Origin: an uncultured Armatimonadales bacterium
GTDB lineage: Bacteria > Armatimonadota > Armatimonadia > Armatimonadales > Capsulimonadaceae
Direction of reading: 5' to 3'
Assembly: GCA_964235675.1 (NCBI GenBank)
Contig: CAXSEA010000001.1
Location: 1 to 50,669, forward strand
Length of the DNA: 50,669 bases
Shown: in pieces, positions 9,711-20,410 of the stretch
Layout of the letters: the number at the start of each line of letters is the position of its first letter
Numbering within the stretch: the first letter of the stretch is position 1
Translations under genes and position numbers: made by a program
The notes under the pieces: model-generated
What the model saw: only the letters and a program-made list of their open reading frames with translations
The model's database searches: none
What the model was told of the DNA's origin: nothing

Positions 9711-9740
9711 ATTATACCCAGTCCGGTCGCCGGGAATCAA
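9711..9740 (-). promoter_or_regulatory. candidate sigma70-type promoter for rpsB (TTGATT-18-TATAAT)
   Basis: On the minus strand, TATAAT is at 9716-9711 and TTGATT at 9740-9735. This would give a leader of about 155 nt. Confidence 0.35.
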
Positions 9741-9801
9741 CCGAGTCGTAGTCGCCACACTCTCGCGCTATGTCGTGTGGCCAGCGTGGCGGAGCAATAT
9801 T

Positions 9802-10185
9802 ATGGCGATTATCGGGATTGGCACGGACATAGTGGAAATTGCCCGCTTCACGCCGGAGCGGCTGTCGGGCCGGTTTTTGTCGAAGGTGTTTACCGATTCC
9901 GAGCGTGAGTATTGCCTGTCGCGTTCCAAAGCGGCGCAGCATCTCGCGGCTCGGTTCGCCGCGAAAGAAGCGGCGGTCAAGGCGCTGTCTCCCATTTCAG
10001 ATGTTGTAAGCGTATTCCAGGTGGAGGTGGCGCGGTCATCCAGCGGCGCTCCGACGATCCGTCTGCTGCCCGGCAGGCATGGCGAGCCGCGCCCGGAACT
10101 GCCGCCGGGCGCGCGGCTTCATGTGAGCCTGTCGCATGCCGACCACTACGCAACCGCCGTCGTCATTGTGGAATCAGCGGATTAA
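9802..10185 (+). CDS. acpS: holo-[acyl-carrier-protein] synthase
   Basis: N-terminus 'MAIIGIGTDIVEIARF'. 'FAAKEAAVKAL' motif. The start is taken at the conserved ATG (9802) rather than the track start at 9775. Confidence 0.9.
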   Translation: MAIIGIGTDIVEIARFTPERLSGRFLSKVFTDSEREYCLSRSKAAQHLAARFAAKEAAVKALSPISDVVSVFQVEVARSSSGAPTIRLLPGRHGEPRPELPPGARLHVSLSHADHYATAVVIVESAD

Positions 10186-10213
10186 CCAGCGCCGGATCGC
10201 TTTGTTCGAGCGC

Positions 10214-10245
10214 AAAAAAATCTCCGGCAAATTTATTGCCGGAGA
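10214..10245 (-). terminator. rho-independent terminator downstream of the PilB/MshE-like gene (possibly bidirectional with acpS)
   Basis: 10-bp stem tctccggcaa / ttgccggaga (10221-10230 / 10236-10245). On the minus strand it is followed by T7. Confidence 0.65.
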
Positions 10246-10367
10246 ATATTCGCCGCCGCTTTTATGCTGTATACTGGATTCGCACGGATGCAATGGTTCG
10301 GCTGCTTTGCTTGCCGATGATGCCATGGATGGCATTACCCTTCTTCCTCTGAACCCGTGCCTCGCGT

Positions 10368-12389
10368 CTATTCCTCTTCCAGGAACACGCGCCGCTGCAC
10401 TTCTTCCGCCGTCGTAATTCCCTGCATCACCTTTTCCGCGCCGTCTCGCCGCATGGGAATCATCGGGTTGCCCGAAGACGCCATCGCTACCTGCCGAATC
10501 TTCGTGGAAGGGGCTTGTTCCAGCGTCAGCTGCCGCACGGCGTCGTCCATCAGCATCAGTTCCTGCACGCTGTAGCGGCCCCGGTATCCGGACTTATCGC
10601 ATTCGGCGCAGCCTGCGCCGCGTCGGAACGTGGCGGCATGCGCCTCTTCCGAGTTCAGATCGATACCGAGCGCCACTAGCTCGTCGCCGCCCGGCTGGTA
10701 AGGCTGGGAGCAGTTCGGGCAGACGCGCCGGACCAAGCGCTGCGCCAGCACTCCGATCACCGACGACGCGATCAAGAATGGATCGACGCCCATGTTGAGA
10801 AGGCGGGTCACGGCTCCGGCGGCGTCGTTGCAGTGCAAGGTGCTGAAGACAAGGTGGCCAGTCAGGGCGGCGCGGAAGGCGATTTCGGCTGTCTCGGCGT
10901 CGCGAATCTCGCCGACATAGATCACGTCCGGATCCTGCCGGAGCATCGCGCGAAGCTGCCGGGCGAAGGTCAAGCCGGCTTTGTCATTGGTGCTGGACTG
11001 CCGCACGCCGTCAAGCTCGTACTCGATAGGGTCTTCCACCGTGATAATATTGATATCCGGCGCTTTGATCGATTGCAGCGCGGCGTAGAGCGTGGTGGTT
11101 TTGCCGCTGCCGGTCGGGCCGGTGGCGAGAAAGATGCCGTGCGGCTTGGCGATCGTACTTTTGAGTGTGCGAAGATTCCGCTCGCTGAAGCCCAGCTTGT
11201 CGATATCGAGCTTCATCGACGAGCGGTCCAAAATTCGCATGACGACCGCTTCGCCGTAGGAAGTGGGCATGGACGAGACGCGGAGATCGACTTGCCTGCC
11301 GTGCAGCGTGACGCTGATGCGTCCATCCTGGGGCACGCGCCGCTCGGCGATATTCAGCTCGGCCATAACCTTGATGCGGGAGCAGCAGGCGTTCTGGTAC
11401 ATCTTCGGCACCATGTCGATACTGTGCAAAGCGCCGTCGATGCGGTACTTCACTTCGAGAGCGTCGCGCAACGGCTCCAAGTGGATATCGCTCGCGCGTC
11501 GGCGAATGGCGTCCACCATGATCTTGTTGACGAACTGGATAATGACCGGCTGGTCAACCGAGAACTCTTGGATGTCGACGTCCTGCTCGGCGAACATCGG
11601 CTTGGAAGCGGAGTCCGCGCCGGGCACGCCCTGGCCGGTACGCCGGGCGGCGGAAAGGACGTCCGAGGCGCGGTTGGCGTTCGCGGGCGGCTGCTGGCGC
11701 GGCGGCTCCGGTTCTTCCACGACCACCGGGACGGCTGAAATCTCGCCGATTGGCTGCGCGGGGGCGGCGGTCATCGCGGGAGGCGGCATGGTAACGCCCG
11801 CTGCGGCGGCGGCTTTTGCGTAATACTGCGCGATCAGCGGGCGGATGAGGCGCTCCGTTCCCAGCAGCGGCTCCAGGCCTCGGTTGGCGCGGTTCGCCGC
11901 GCTCTTCGCGGCCTCATAGGAGGCTTGCGTCCAGTTAGTCGAAACGATCTTGAGCATCTTGTCGTCGCTGGTGCGGCCGAGGGGAAGCAGCATGTTCTGC
12001 ATCGCGATTTCGGGCGCGATCATGCCGGTGACGTCGGCGCCCAAGGCGTTGGCGGCGGCCAGCTGGTCGGGGCCGGCATACCCGATGCTCACCTTGCTGC
12101 TGCTCATCTGCACGGCGCGCGCGCGGGTGATGTCTTCCTCGCTGAGAAAGCCGAGCTTCACGAGCACCGCGCCAATCGGCAGCTTGCCGTGGATGCCTTG
12201 CTTCTGCTGCATGTGCGCCTGCTCAAGCTGCTTTGAGGTGATAACTCCCTGCATAATCAGGATTTCGCCGATCAAGCGTCGCCCGCCGGAGGTGGCTGCC
12301 GTGCGGACGGCGGGCCGGGGCGCGGCGGAAGCGGGAAGCGCTCCGGCTGGAGGCATGGGAGCGGTTAAAGTGGGATCGTTGATTGCCAT
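10368..12389 (-). CDS. GspE/PilB/MshE-family secretion ATPase with N-terminal MshEN-like and T2SSE_N regions
   Basis: Walker A 'GPTGSGKTTT'. Asp/His boxes. Tetracysteine motif 'CPNCSQ...CAECDKSGYRGR'. The N-terminus carries two consecutive 'xIGxxLhxxGhhxxxxLxxAxxxQ' repeats. Confidence 0.9.
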   Translation of the reverse strand: MAINDPTLTAPMPPAGALPASAAPRPAVRTAATSGGRRLIGEILIMQGVITSKQLEQAHMQQKQGIHGKLPIGAVLVKLGFLSEEDITRARAVQMSSSKVSIGYAGPDQLAAANALGADVTGMIAPEIAMQNMLLPLGRTSDDKMLKIVSTNWTQASYEAAKSAANRANRGLEPLLGTERLIRPLIAQYYAKAAAAAGVTMPPPAMTAAPAQPIGEISAVPVVVEEPEPPRQQPPANANRASDVLSAARRTGQGVPGADSASKPMFAEQDVDIQEFSVDQPVIIQFVNKIMVDAIRRRASDIHLEPLRDALEVKYRIDGALHSIDMVPKMYQNACCSRIKVMAELNIAERRVPQDGRISVTLHGRQVDLRVSSMPTSYGEAVVMRILDRSSMKLDIDKLGFSERNLRTLKSTIAKPHGIFLATGPTGSGKTTTLYAALQSIKAPDINIITVEDPIEYELDGVRQSSTNDKAGLTFARQLRAMLRQDPDVIYVGEIRDAETAEIAFRAALTGHLVFSTLHCNDAAGAVTRLLNMGVDPFLIASSVIGVLAQRLVRRVCPNCSQPYQPGGDELVALGIDLNSEEAHAATFRRGAGCAECDKSGYRGRYSVQELMLMDDAVRQLTLEQAPSTKIRQVAMASSGNPMIPMRRDGAEKVMQGITTAEEVQRRVFLEEE

Positions 12390-12970
12390 ACTGGTTGTAT
12401 TTACGTGTTCTACCGGGTTTTCGTTACCGGACTATTTTGAAAAAGCGGGCGGGGCTGCAATAAAAATGAGGCGAAAACATTGCGCAATTTTCGGCTTCTC
12501 CGCGCTCGTTTTCACCTGGTAACTACCAAAAGACATTAAATCCAGTATAGCGACTTTGTTTCTGGAGCGCAATATAGCCTTGGTTCTGTAGAAGCCGCAA
12601 CAAAAGGATGGATTGCGATTTTTTGCGAGCACGGCAAACTGGAAGTAAGCGCCGCGATATTCGGCTGGACAGCGAGGCTTACCTTACGCTAAAGGCGCTC
12701 CATTCTAAAAGAAGTCGCTCGGACCCCCCTCCCTGGAAGGGAGGGGGAAGGTCTGAATTGCAGGAGGCAATCAGCCGGGTTAAATCAAGCCCGCCCCCGA
12801 GATCCCCTCGTCCCTCTATGGAAAGGATGAGAATCAGAAAGCTGCTTTTGGTGATTGAAACTTCAGCCGCGACGAGGCTCCTTATGGTTGGTATGTAACA
12901 AAAATTGGAATGCACCGCTTTTCGCCTGGCTATCGACTAAGGCAATCCTGGATTGCCCCAAGCCGACAAT

Positions 12971-13013
12971 GCAAAACCACCCCTTAGCATAAGCCTGATG
13001 CTAAGGGGTGGTT
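12971..13013 (-). terminator. rho-independent terminator after the small acidic ORF
   Basis: Perfect 16-bp stem aaccaccccttagcat / atgctaaggggtggtt (12975-12990 / 12998-13013). On the minus strand it is followed by TTTTGC. Confidence 0.75.
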
Positions 13014-13057
13014 ACGCGGATAATAGGCGGACGTGGTTGTCACATTCAAAATGCGCT

Positions 13058-13429
13058 TTAGTAACGCTCGTCGTCGTCTCCGCCTTCGGAGTTCTCGTCG
13101 AAGTCGTCTTCCATATCGTCCAACGCGCCGGATGAATCGGTGTAGGAGGAGATTTCCTCGCCGCGGAATACGGTGACCAGAAAATCCTCCCGGTCGAACG
13201 AAGGCAAATAGGACGAGACGATGTCCTCGTCGATTTGCGACAGCAGTTCTTCCTCCAGCTCCGGCGTCAGGTCGGCTTCGAGGACTAGGGTGGCGTGGAT
13301 CGTATCCTGGGCGTAGTGCAGGTCGAGTTGCCCGATACGGCGGTCCTCTTCCCAGACGAGGAAGATTTCGGACGTCGTCGTGCGAACCAAACGAGAGAGG
13401 CGATATCGGTAGGTGGTGGGAGTATCCAT
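13058..13429 (-). CDS. hypothetical small, highly acidic protein (123 aa)
   Basis: Clean ORF 119 nt downstream of ftsH on the same strand, with its own terminator. The C-terminal third is Asp/Glu-rich ('DDMEDDFDENSEGGDDDERY'). No family recognised. Confidence 0.6.
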   Translation of the reverse strand: MDTPTTYRYRLSRLVRTTTSEIFLVWEEDRRIGQLDLHYAQDTIHATLVLEADLTPELEEELLSQIDEDIVSSYLPSFDREDFLVTVFRGEEISSYTDSSGALDDMEDDFDENSEGGDDDERY

Positions 13430-13548
13430 ATTTTACTTGTCGTCATGTCCACGGCTGGATCGGAAAAGCGATGCCGTAGTCAAAAGCTAAGGGCGATTTC
13501 CGTTCTTCGTGGAAATCGCCCCATTATAGCTGCAAAGCCCTGGCTTTG

Positions 13549-15498
<1,950 letters not shown>

Positions 15499-15697
15499 AC
15501 TTAAACTCTCCTTGAGACGCACCGCGAAATAAAACGCGCGATGCTTGCCGCCTGCGCTCCCTTAAAAATGGAAGCGGGCGGCGCTGCTGCATGGCTGACA
15601 AAGCTGTATGCCCTGACCGGCGCGCGAATGCAGCATTATACCGCGAGCGGGTAGGCACTTCAGATATAACCCAAGTGAAGCCCGGAATGTTCCAGTC

Positions 15698-16084
15698 TCA
15701 AACTCTTTTGGAGGCTTCAAAGCAAATCCGCGCATCTTGAGGTACCGCTTGTAATACGGACGGACGAGCTGCTTTCGTTTCGAGTGTGGCGACGGTTCCT
15801 TTTGGGCCGCAAACTACGCGCCAGGGCTTTACGCCATCGATTCGGCGCAGGCAAACGCCCTGCGAGTCGAAGAACGCCAAATCCAAATCGAAGCGCACCC
15901 CGAACGTGTGAATCGAGCGCGTCTTGAGCAGCAGCAGCGGTTGCCGAAGGTAGCCGGATATTCCGATTAGGCCCAAACCAACTGTCCGCAGAGTGCTTGC
16001 TACAGTGATGCCCGCGCACACGATATCGCCGGTGGCGCTGTCGATGGCATCGTACTTAAGGGACGGTTGGAAAGAGTCAATCAT
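15698..16084 (-). CDS. DUF192-family protein
   Basis: The pattern 'GLGLIG...L...P.LLL.T.SIHTFGVRFDLDLAFFDSQG' matches the DUF192 (COG1430) core. Confidence 0.7.
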   Translation of the reverse strand: MIDSFQPSLKYDAIDSATGDIVCAGITVASTLRTVGLGLIGISGYLRQPLLLLKTRSIHTFGVRFDLDLAFFDSQGVCLRRIDGVKPWRVVCGPKGTVATLETKAARPSVLQAVPQDARICFEASKRV

Positions 16085-16205
16085 CTAATCTTGACTTTCA
16101 CCATGGGGATTAGGGATAATCGATGCTTGTGACCCTTCGGCGGGTCTGCAAGCATGCGATGTCGAGCTTGTGAATTTAAGTTTAAACAGGGGAGAGTTGA
16201 TTTCA

Positions 16206-17228
16206 ATGAGGATTCGTTCGTTCAGTCGCCGCTTTATAGTGGCCCTTGCTTTCGTGAGTTGCGCATTGTTGCCGAGCTTAGTCGCCTGCCGGCCGGCTTG
16301 CGCCGACAAAAGCATGCTGAACGTCTCGTATGATCCCACGCGCGAACTGTATCAGCAGTATAACGCTGCGTTCGCCGCCTACTGGCTGAAAACCGCGCAC
16401 GAGAAAGTCACGGTGCAGCAGTCCCACGGCGGCTCCAGCAAGCAGGCCCGCTCGGTGATCGACGGCTTGGACGCCGACGTGGTCACGTTGGCGCTCGCTC
16501 CGGATATCGACGCCATCGCGAAGGCAGGCTTAATCGCTCCGAACTGGCAGACCCGCCTGCCGGACAACAGCACGCCGTATACGTCGACGATTCTGTTTCT
16601 TGTCCGCAAAGGCAACCCGAAGCATATCCATGATTGGGCCGATTTGACGCAGCCGGGCTTGCAGGTGATCGCCCCGAACCCTAAAACCAGCGGCGGCGCG
16701 CGATACGATTTTCTGGCCGCCTACGGCTACGCTTTCAACAAGACGCACAACGACAAGTTCGCCCATGACTACGTGCGCGCGCTCTATAAGAATGTGCCGG
16801 TGCTCGATTCCGGCTCGCGCGGCGCGACGGTGACGTTTGCGCAGCGGGGTATCGGCGACGTGCTGCTTTGCTGGGAGAACGAGGCGTACCTGGCAAAGAA
16901 AGAGTTCGGCAACGACAAGTTCGATATCGTGGTGCCTTCGATCAGCATCCTGGCCGAACCTCCGGTAGCGGTCGTCGATAAAGTGGCCGCGCAGCACGGC
17001 AATATCGCGGTGGCGACGGCCTACTTGAAGTATCTTTACTCTCCGGTCGGCCAGACGATTGCCGCCGAGAACTTTTATCGGCCCAGAAACGCCGCCATCG
17101 CCAAAAAGTATGCCGCCCAATTCGTCAAGGTGCCGATGCTGGACATCAGCTTCTTCGGCGGCTGGACACGGGCGCAGCATGTGTTTTTTGATGACGGCGG
17201 CGTTTTCGATCAGATTTATAGCCGCTGA
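16206..17228 (+). CDS. sbp: sulfate/thiosulfate ABC transporter substrate-binding protein
   Basis: Signal peptide followed by 'LLNVSYDPTRELY...HGGSSKQARSVIDGL.ADVVTLA'. ATG at 16206 sits 9 nt after AGGGGAGAG. Confidence 0.9.
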   Translation: MRIRSFSRRFIVALAFVSCALLPSLVACRPACADKSMLNVSYDPTRELYQQYNAAFAAYWLKTAHEKVTVQQSHGGSSKQARSVIDGLDADVVTLALAPDIDAIAKAGLIAPNWQTRLPDNSTPYTSTILFLVRKGNPKHIHDWADLTQPGLQVIAPNPKTSGGARYDFLAAYGYAFNKTHNDKFAHDYVRALYKNVPVLDSGSRGATVTFAQRGIGDVLLCWENEAYLAKKEFGNDKFDIVVPSISILAEPPVAVVDKVAAQHGNIAVATAYLKYLYSPVGQTIAAENFYRPRNAAIAKKYAAQFVKVPMLDISFFGGWTRAQHVFFDDGGVFDQIYSR

Positions 17229-17331
17229 GGCCTGCCGGTTCCGAGATATGCAAGCGCCGGGTAATTCGCTGCCCGGCGCATGCGTTCTCTTTGAAACAGT
17301 CCCTTAACACTGCTCGGGATAATAGTTGCTT

Positions 17332-18213
17332 ATGGCGACCGTTACAGTTAATTCTTCCACAGCGCCGCCTGCCCGAATGACCCGTCGCAGGCGCTCGGTC
17401 TTGCCGGGTTTTGGCTTGACGATGGGCTACACGGTATTTTACGTGAGCCTGCTCGTCCTGCTGCCGCTGTCCACGCTGTTTATCAAGAGCGCCAGTCTGC
17501 ATTGGCATACGTTTCTGGCCGACGTGACCGGAAGCCGTGTCATGGCGGCCTATAAAGTGACGCTGCTGACGTCGCTCTGGGCGGCTCTCGCCAATGTGGT
17601 GTTCGGCTTCGTGCTGGCGTGGGTGCTTTCGCGGTACACCTTTCCGGGGCGTCGCTTGATCGACGGCCTGGTCGATCTGCCGTTCGCGCTGCCGACCGCC
17701 GTGGCGGGAATCACGCTCACGACGCTGTATGATACGCACGGCTGGATCGGGCAGTATCTCCAGGGCAAGCTGCACTGGCAGATTACTTATACGCCGGTTG
17801 GAATTACGCTCGCGCTGGTGTTTATCGGGTTGCCTTTCGTCGTGCGAACGGTGCAGCCGGTGATTCAAGACTTGGACGTCCAAGTGGAGGAAGCCGCCGC
17901 CAGCCTTGGGGCGAACCGGCTGCAGTCGTTTTTTCGCGTGATTTTGCCCGTGGTGACTCCGGCGCTGCTGACGGGCTTTGCCCTCGCGTTCGCGCGCGCG
18001 CTGGGCGAGTACGGCTCGGTGGTGTTTATCTCGGGCAACAAACCGTACCAGACCGAGATTGTCCCTCTGCTGATTATGGCGCGCCTGGAAGAGTTCGACT
18101 ACGGTGGCGCGACGGCGATTGCTTTGGTGATGCTGGTGACGTCGTTCGCGCTGCTGCTGCTGATCAATATGCTGCAGCTGCGCACGGCGCGCCGGTTGTC
18201 CGGGCACGGGTAG
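17332..18213 (+). CDS. cysT: sulfate ABC transporter permease CysT
   Basis: Polytopic permease with the CysT/CysW-type EAA loop '[21 protein letters not shown]'. Follows sbp. Confidence 0.9.
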   Translation: MATVTVNSSTAPPARMTRRRRSVLPGFGLTMGYTVFYVSLLVLLPLSTLFIKSASLHWHTFLADVTGSRVMAAYKVTLLTSLWAALANVVFGFVLAWVLSRYTFPGRRLIDGLVDLPFALPTAVAGITLTTLYDTHGWIGQYLQGKLHWQITYTPVGITLALVFIGLPFVVRTVQPVIQDLDVQVEEAAASLGANRLQSFFRVILPVVTPALLTGFALAFARALGEYGSVVFISGNKPYQTEIVPLLIMARLEEFDYGGATAIALVMLVTSFALLLLINMLQLRTARRLSGHG

Positions 18214-18265
18214 GTTTTTGCGGGGAAGGCGAGGGGTTTCGCCAGGGAGTCGCGACAGCACCGAT

Positions 18266-19213
18266 ATGGCAGGCGGCACGATCACATTACGCGCACCGAA
18301 GAACGCGCGGCAGCAGAGCAGCACGAGCGAGCCGGTTTGGGTAAAAACCATTCTGACGCTCGTGGCTGTCGCCTTTGTGGCGCTCTTTCTCGTGCTGCCG
18401 CTCGTCTCAGTGTTCTACGAGGCGTTGCACAAGGGCTGGCCGCTTTATTTGCGGGCGATCAAAGATCCTGACGCGCTTGCCTCGGTGAAGCTGACGCTGA
18501 TTACGGCGGCCTTCGCCGTGCCGCTGAACGTGGTCTTCGGAGTGGCTGCCGCCTGGGCGATCACCAAGTTCGAATTTCGCGGCAAAAACGTGCTGATTAC
18601 GCTGATCGATCTGCCGTTTGCCGTGTCGCCTGTGATTGCAGGGCTGGTGTTTGTGCTGCTGTTCGGACGCGAGGGGCTGTTCGGGCACTGGCTGTCGGCG
18701 CATGACGTCAAGATTATCTTCGCGGTTCCGGGAATTATTCTCGCCACGATATTCGTGACGGTGCCGTTCGTCGCTCGGGAGTTGATTCCGACGATGGAGG
18801 CGCAGGGCACGGACGAGGAGCAGGCGGCTATCGTGCTGGGAGCGTCGGGGTGGCAAACGTTTACCCGCGTGACGCTGCCCAATATCAAGTGGGGGCTGCT
18901 GTTCGGGGTGATTCTCTGCAACGCTCGCGCCATGGGCGAGTTCGGTGCGGTCTCGGTGGTGTCCGGGCATATCGCCGGATTGACCAACACCATCCCGCTG
19001 CAGGTGGAAACTTTATACGACGACTACGATTTTGTGGGGGCGTTCGCGCTGGCTTCGCTGCTGGCGCTGCTGGCAGTGGTGACGTTGATCGTCAAGAACG
19101 TGGTGGAGTGGGTTTCGTCGCGGCGCGGCGAAGAAGCGGCGGCGGCAAGCGAAGCTCTGGAAGTGGGCAGTGTTCCGGTGGCGGTGGGGAGTTCGGTGGC
19201 GGCGGCGAGGTAA
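18266..19213 (+). CDS. cysW: sulfate ABC transporter permease CysW
   Basis: Paralogous permease with '[22 protein letters not shown]'. The start is taken at the internal ATG at 18266. Confidence 0.88.
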   Translation: MAGGTITLRAPKNARQQSSTSEPVWVKTILTLVAVAFVALFLVLPLVSVFYEALHKGWPLYLRAIKDPDALASVKLTLITAAFAVPLNVVFGVAAAWAITKFEFRGKNVLITLIDLPFAVSPVIAGLVFVLLFGREGLFGHWLSAHDVKIIFAVPGIILATIFVTVPFVARELIPTMEAQGTDEEQAAIVLGASGWQTFTRVTLPNIKWGLLFGVILCNARAMGEFGAVSVVSGHIAGLTNTIPLQVETLYDDYDFVGAFALASLLALLAVVTLIVKNVVEWVSSRRGEEAAAASEALEVGSVPVAVGSSVAAAR

Positions 19214-19270
19214 CGACCGCGCTGCAATGTTGTTCTATCTGCGGCTATCGAGGCGAAGGACTATCAAACA

Positions 19271-20362
19271 GTGAGCATCCATGTCAGCGGCATCATAAAA
19301 TCGTTCGGGGCGTTCCGCGCTCTGAAAGGCATCGACCTCGATATCGCCGACGGCGAGCTGGTGGCCTTGCTGGGGCCGTCCGGCTCCGGGAAAACCACGC
19401 TGCTGCGCGTCATTGCCGGGCTGGAGCAGGCGGACCAGGGGCAGATCGGATTTCATGGGCAGGACGCCACCCATCAAAGCGCGCGCGAGCGTCAAGTAGG
19501 GTTCGTGTTCCAGCATTACGCGCTGTTTCGGCACATGACCGTGTTCGAGAACATCGCCTTCGGACTGCGGGTGCGTCCTCGGAAGCTTCGGCCCTCCAAC
19601 GCCGAGATCAGCGAGCGAGTTTTGAAGCTGCTGCGTCTGGTGCAGTTGGAGGGATTGGCGCAACGGTATCCGTCGCAGCTTTCGGGCGGGCAGCGGCAGC
19701 GTGTGGCGTTGGCCCGCGCTTTGGCCGTGGAGCCGCGCGTGCTGCTGCTGGATGAGCCGTTCGGCGCGCTGGACGCGAAAGTGCGCCTGGAACTGCGTCG
19801 CTGGCTGAAGCGTCTGCACGACGAAATCCATGTCACCAGCGTTTTCGTAACCCACGATCAGGAAGAAGCGCTCGAAGTAGCCGACCGGGTGGTAATTATG
19901 AACCACGGGCAGATCGAGCAGATCGGCACGCCGGAAGAGGTGTACGATCATCCGGCGAACCCGTTCGTATACGACTTTTTGGGAACGGTCAACTTGTTCC
20001 ATGGACGCGCGTCGGGAGGGGAGACGAAGCTTGGATCGCTGGTGGTGCCCAGTCCGGAGTACGGGGAGTCGCACGAGACGGCGGTGGTCGCCTATGTACG
20101 TCCGCACGAACTGATTATCGAGAAGCACCGCAACGGGCATCCGACGATTCCAGCCATCGTGCGCGATTTGCTGCCGGTGGGATCGACGGTGCGTCTGGAG
20201 CTTGTGCGCAGCGACAACGGCCAGGCGCTGCAGGCGGAAGTCACGCGGGACAGGTACAAAGAGCTTGCCCTGGTGAAAGGCGACGAAGTGCAAGTGTCTA
20301 CGCAGCGGGCGAGGGTGTTCGCCGACAGCGCTCCCGCTCCGGTGGAAGAGTACTCGATTTAA
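19271..20362 (+). CDS. cysA: sulfate ABC transporter ATP-binding protein
   Basis: Walker A 'GPSGSGKTT'. Signature '[15 protein letters not shown]'. Walker B 'LLLDEPF'. C-terminal TOBE-like regulatory domain. Confidence 0.93.
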   Translation: MSIHVSGIIKSFGAFRALKGIDLDIADGELVALLGPSGSGKTTLLRVIAGLEQADQGQIGFHGQDATHQSARERQVGFVFQHYALFRHMTVFENIAFGLRVRPRKLRPSNAEISERVLKLLRLVQLEGLAQRYPSQLSGGQRQRVALARALAVEPRVLLLDEPFGALDAKVRLELRRWLKRLHDEIHVTSVFVTHDQEEALEVADRVVIMNHGQIEQIGTPEEVYDHPANPFVYDFLGTVNLFHGRASGGETKLGSLVVPSPEYGESHETAVVAYVRPHELIIEKHRNGHPTIPAIVRDLLPVGSTVRLELVRSDNGQALQAEVTRDRYKELALVKGDEVQVSTQRARVFADSAPAPVEEYSI

Positions 20363-20410
20363 CGGGCACGCTTGGGTTCGGCGAGAGGCGCGTATGCTAT
20401 ACTGCCGCTG

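Noticed and set aside
12432-12915. ORFs 12432..12632(-), 12608..12898(+) and 12679..12915(-) as possible small genes. I also considered tmRNA, RNase P, SRP and 6S RNA in this intergenic region.
   Set aside because: The ORFs mutually overlap, lack SD sequences, and have Pro/Ser/Arg low-complexity composition. None of the conserved RNA signature motifs could be found on either strand (tmRNA ends and tag frame, RNase P GAGGAAAGUCC, SRP domain IV).
15553-15640. An imperfect hairpin and a TATAAT hexamer (minus strand, about 15634-15639) as a terminator plus promoter between the DUF192 gene and ftsH.
   Set aside because: The stem is interrupted by mismatches and lacks a U-tract. The best -35 candidate matches only 3 of 6 positions. 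This is too weak to report as a feature.
17146-18351. Long antisense ORFs opposite well-supported genes: 17146..18351, 19235..20752, 21509..22567, 22444..24105, 7719..8651, 14243..15316, 10833..11738, 26900..27931, 28827..29690, 48378..49157, 43759..44547.
   Set aside because: Each lies opposite a gene with clear conserved motifs. Their products are low-complexity Arg/His/Gln- or Ala/Gly/Arg-rich strings, typical of stop-poor non-coding frames in high-GC DNA. None has an SD sequence or recognisable domains.
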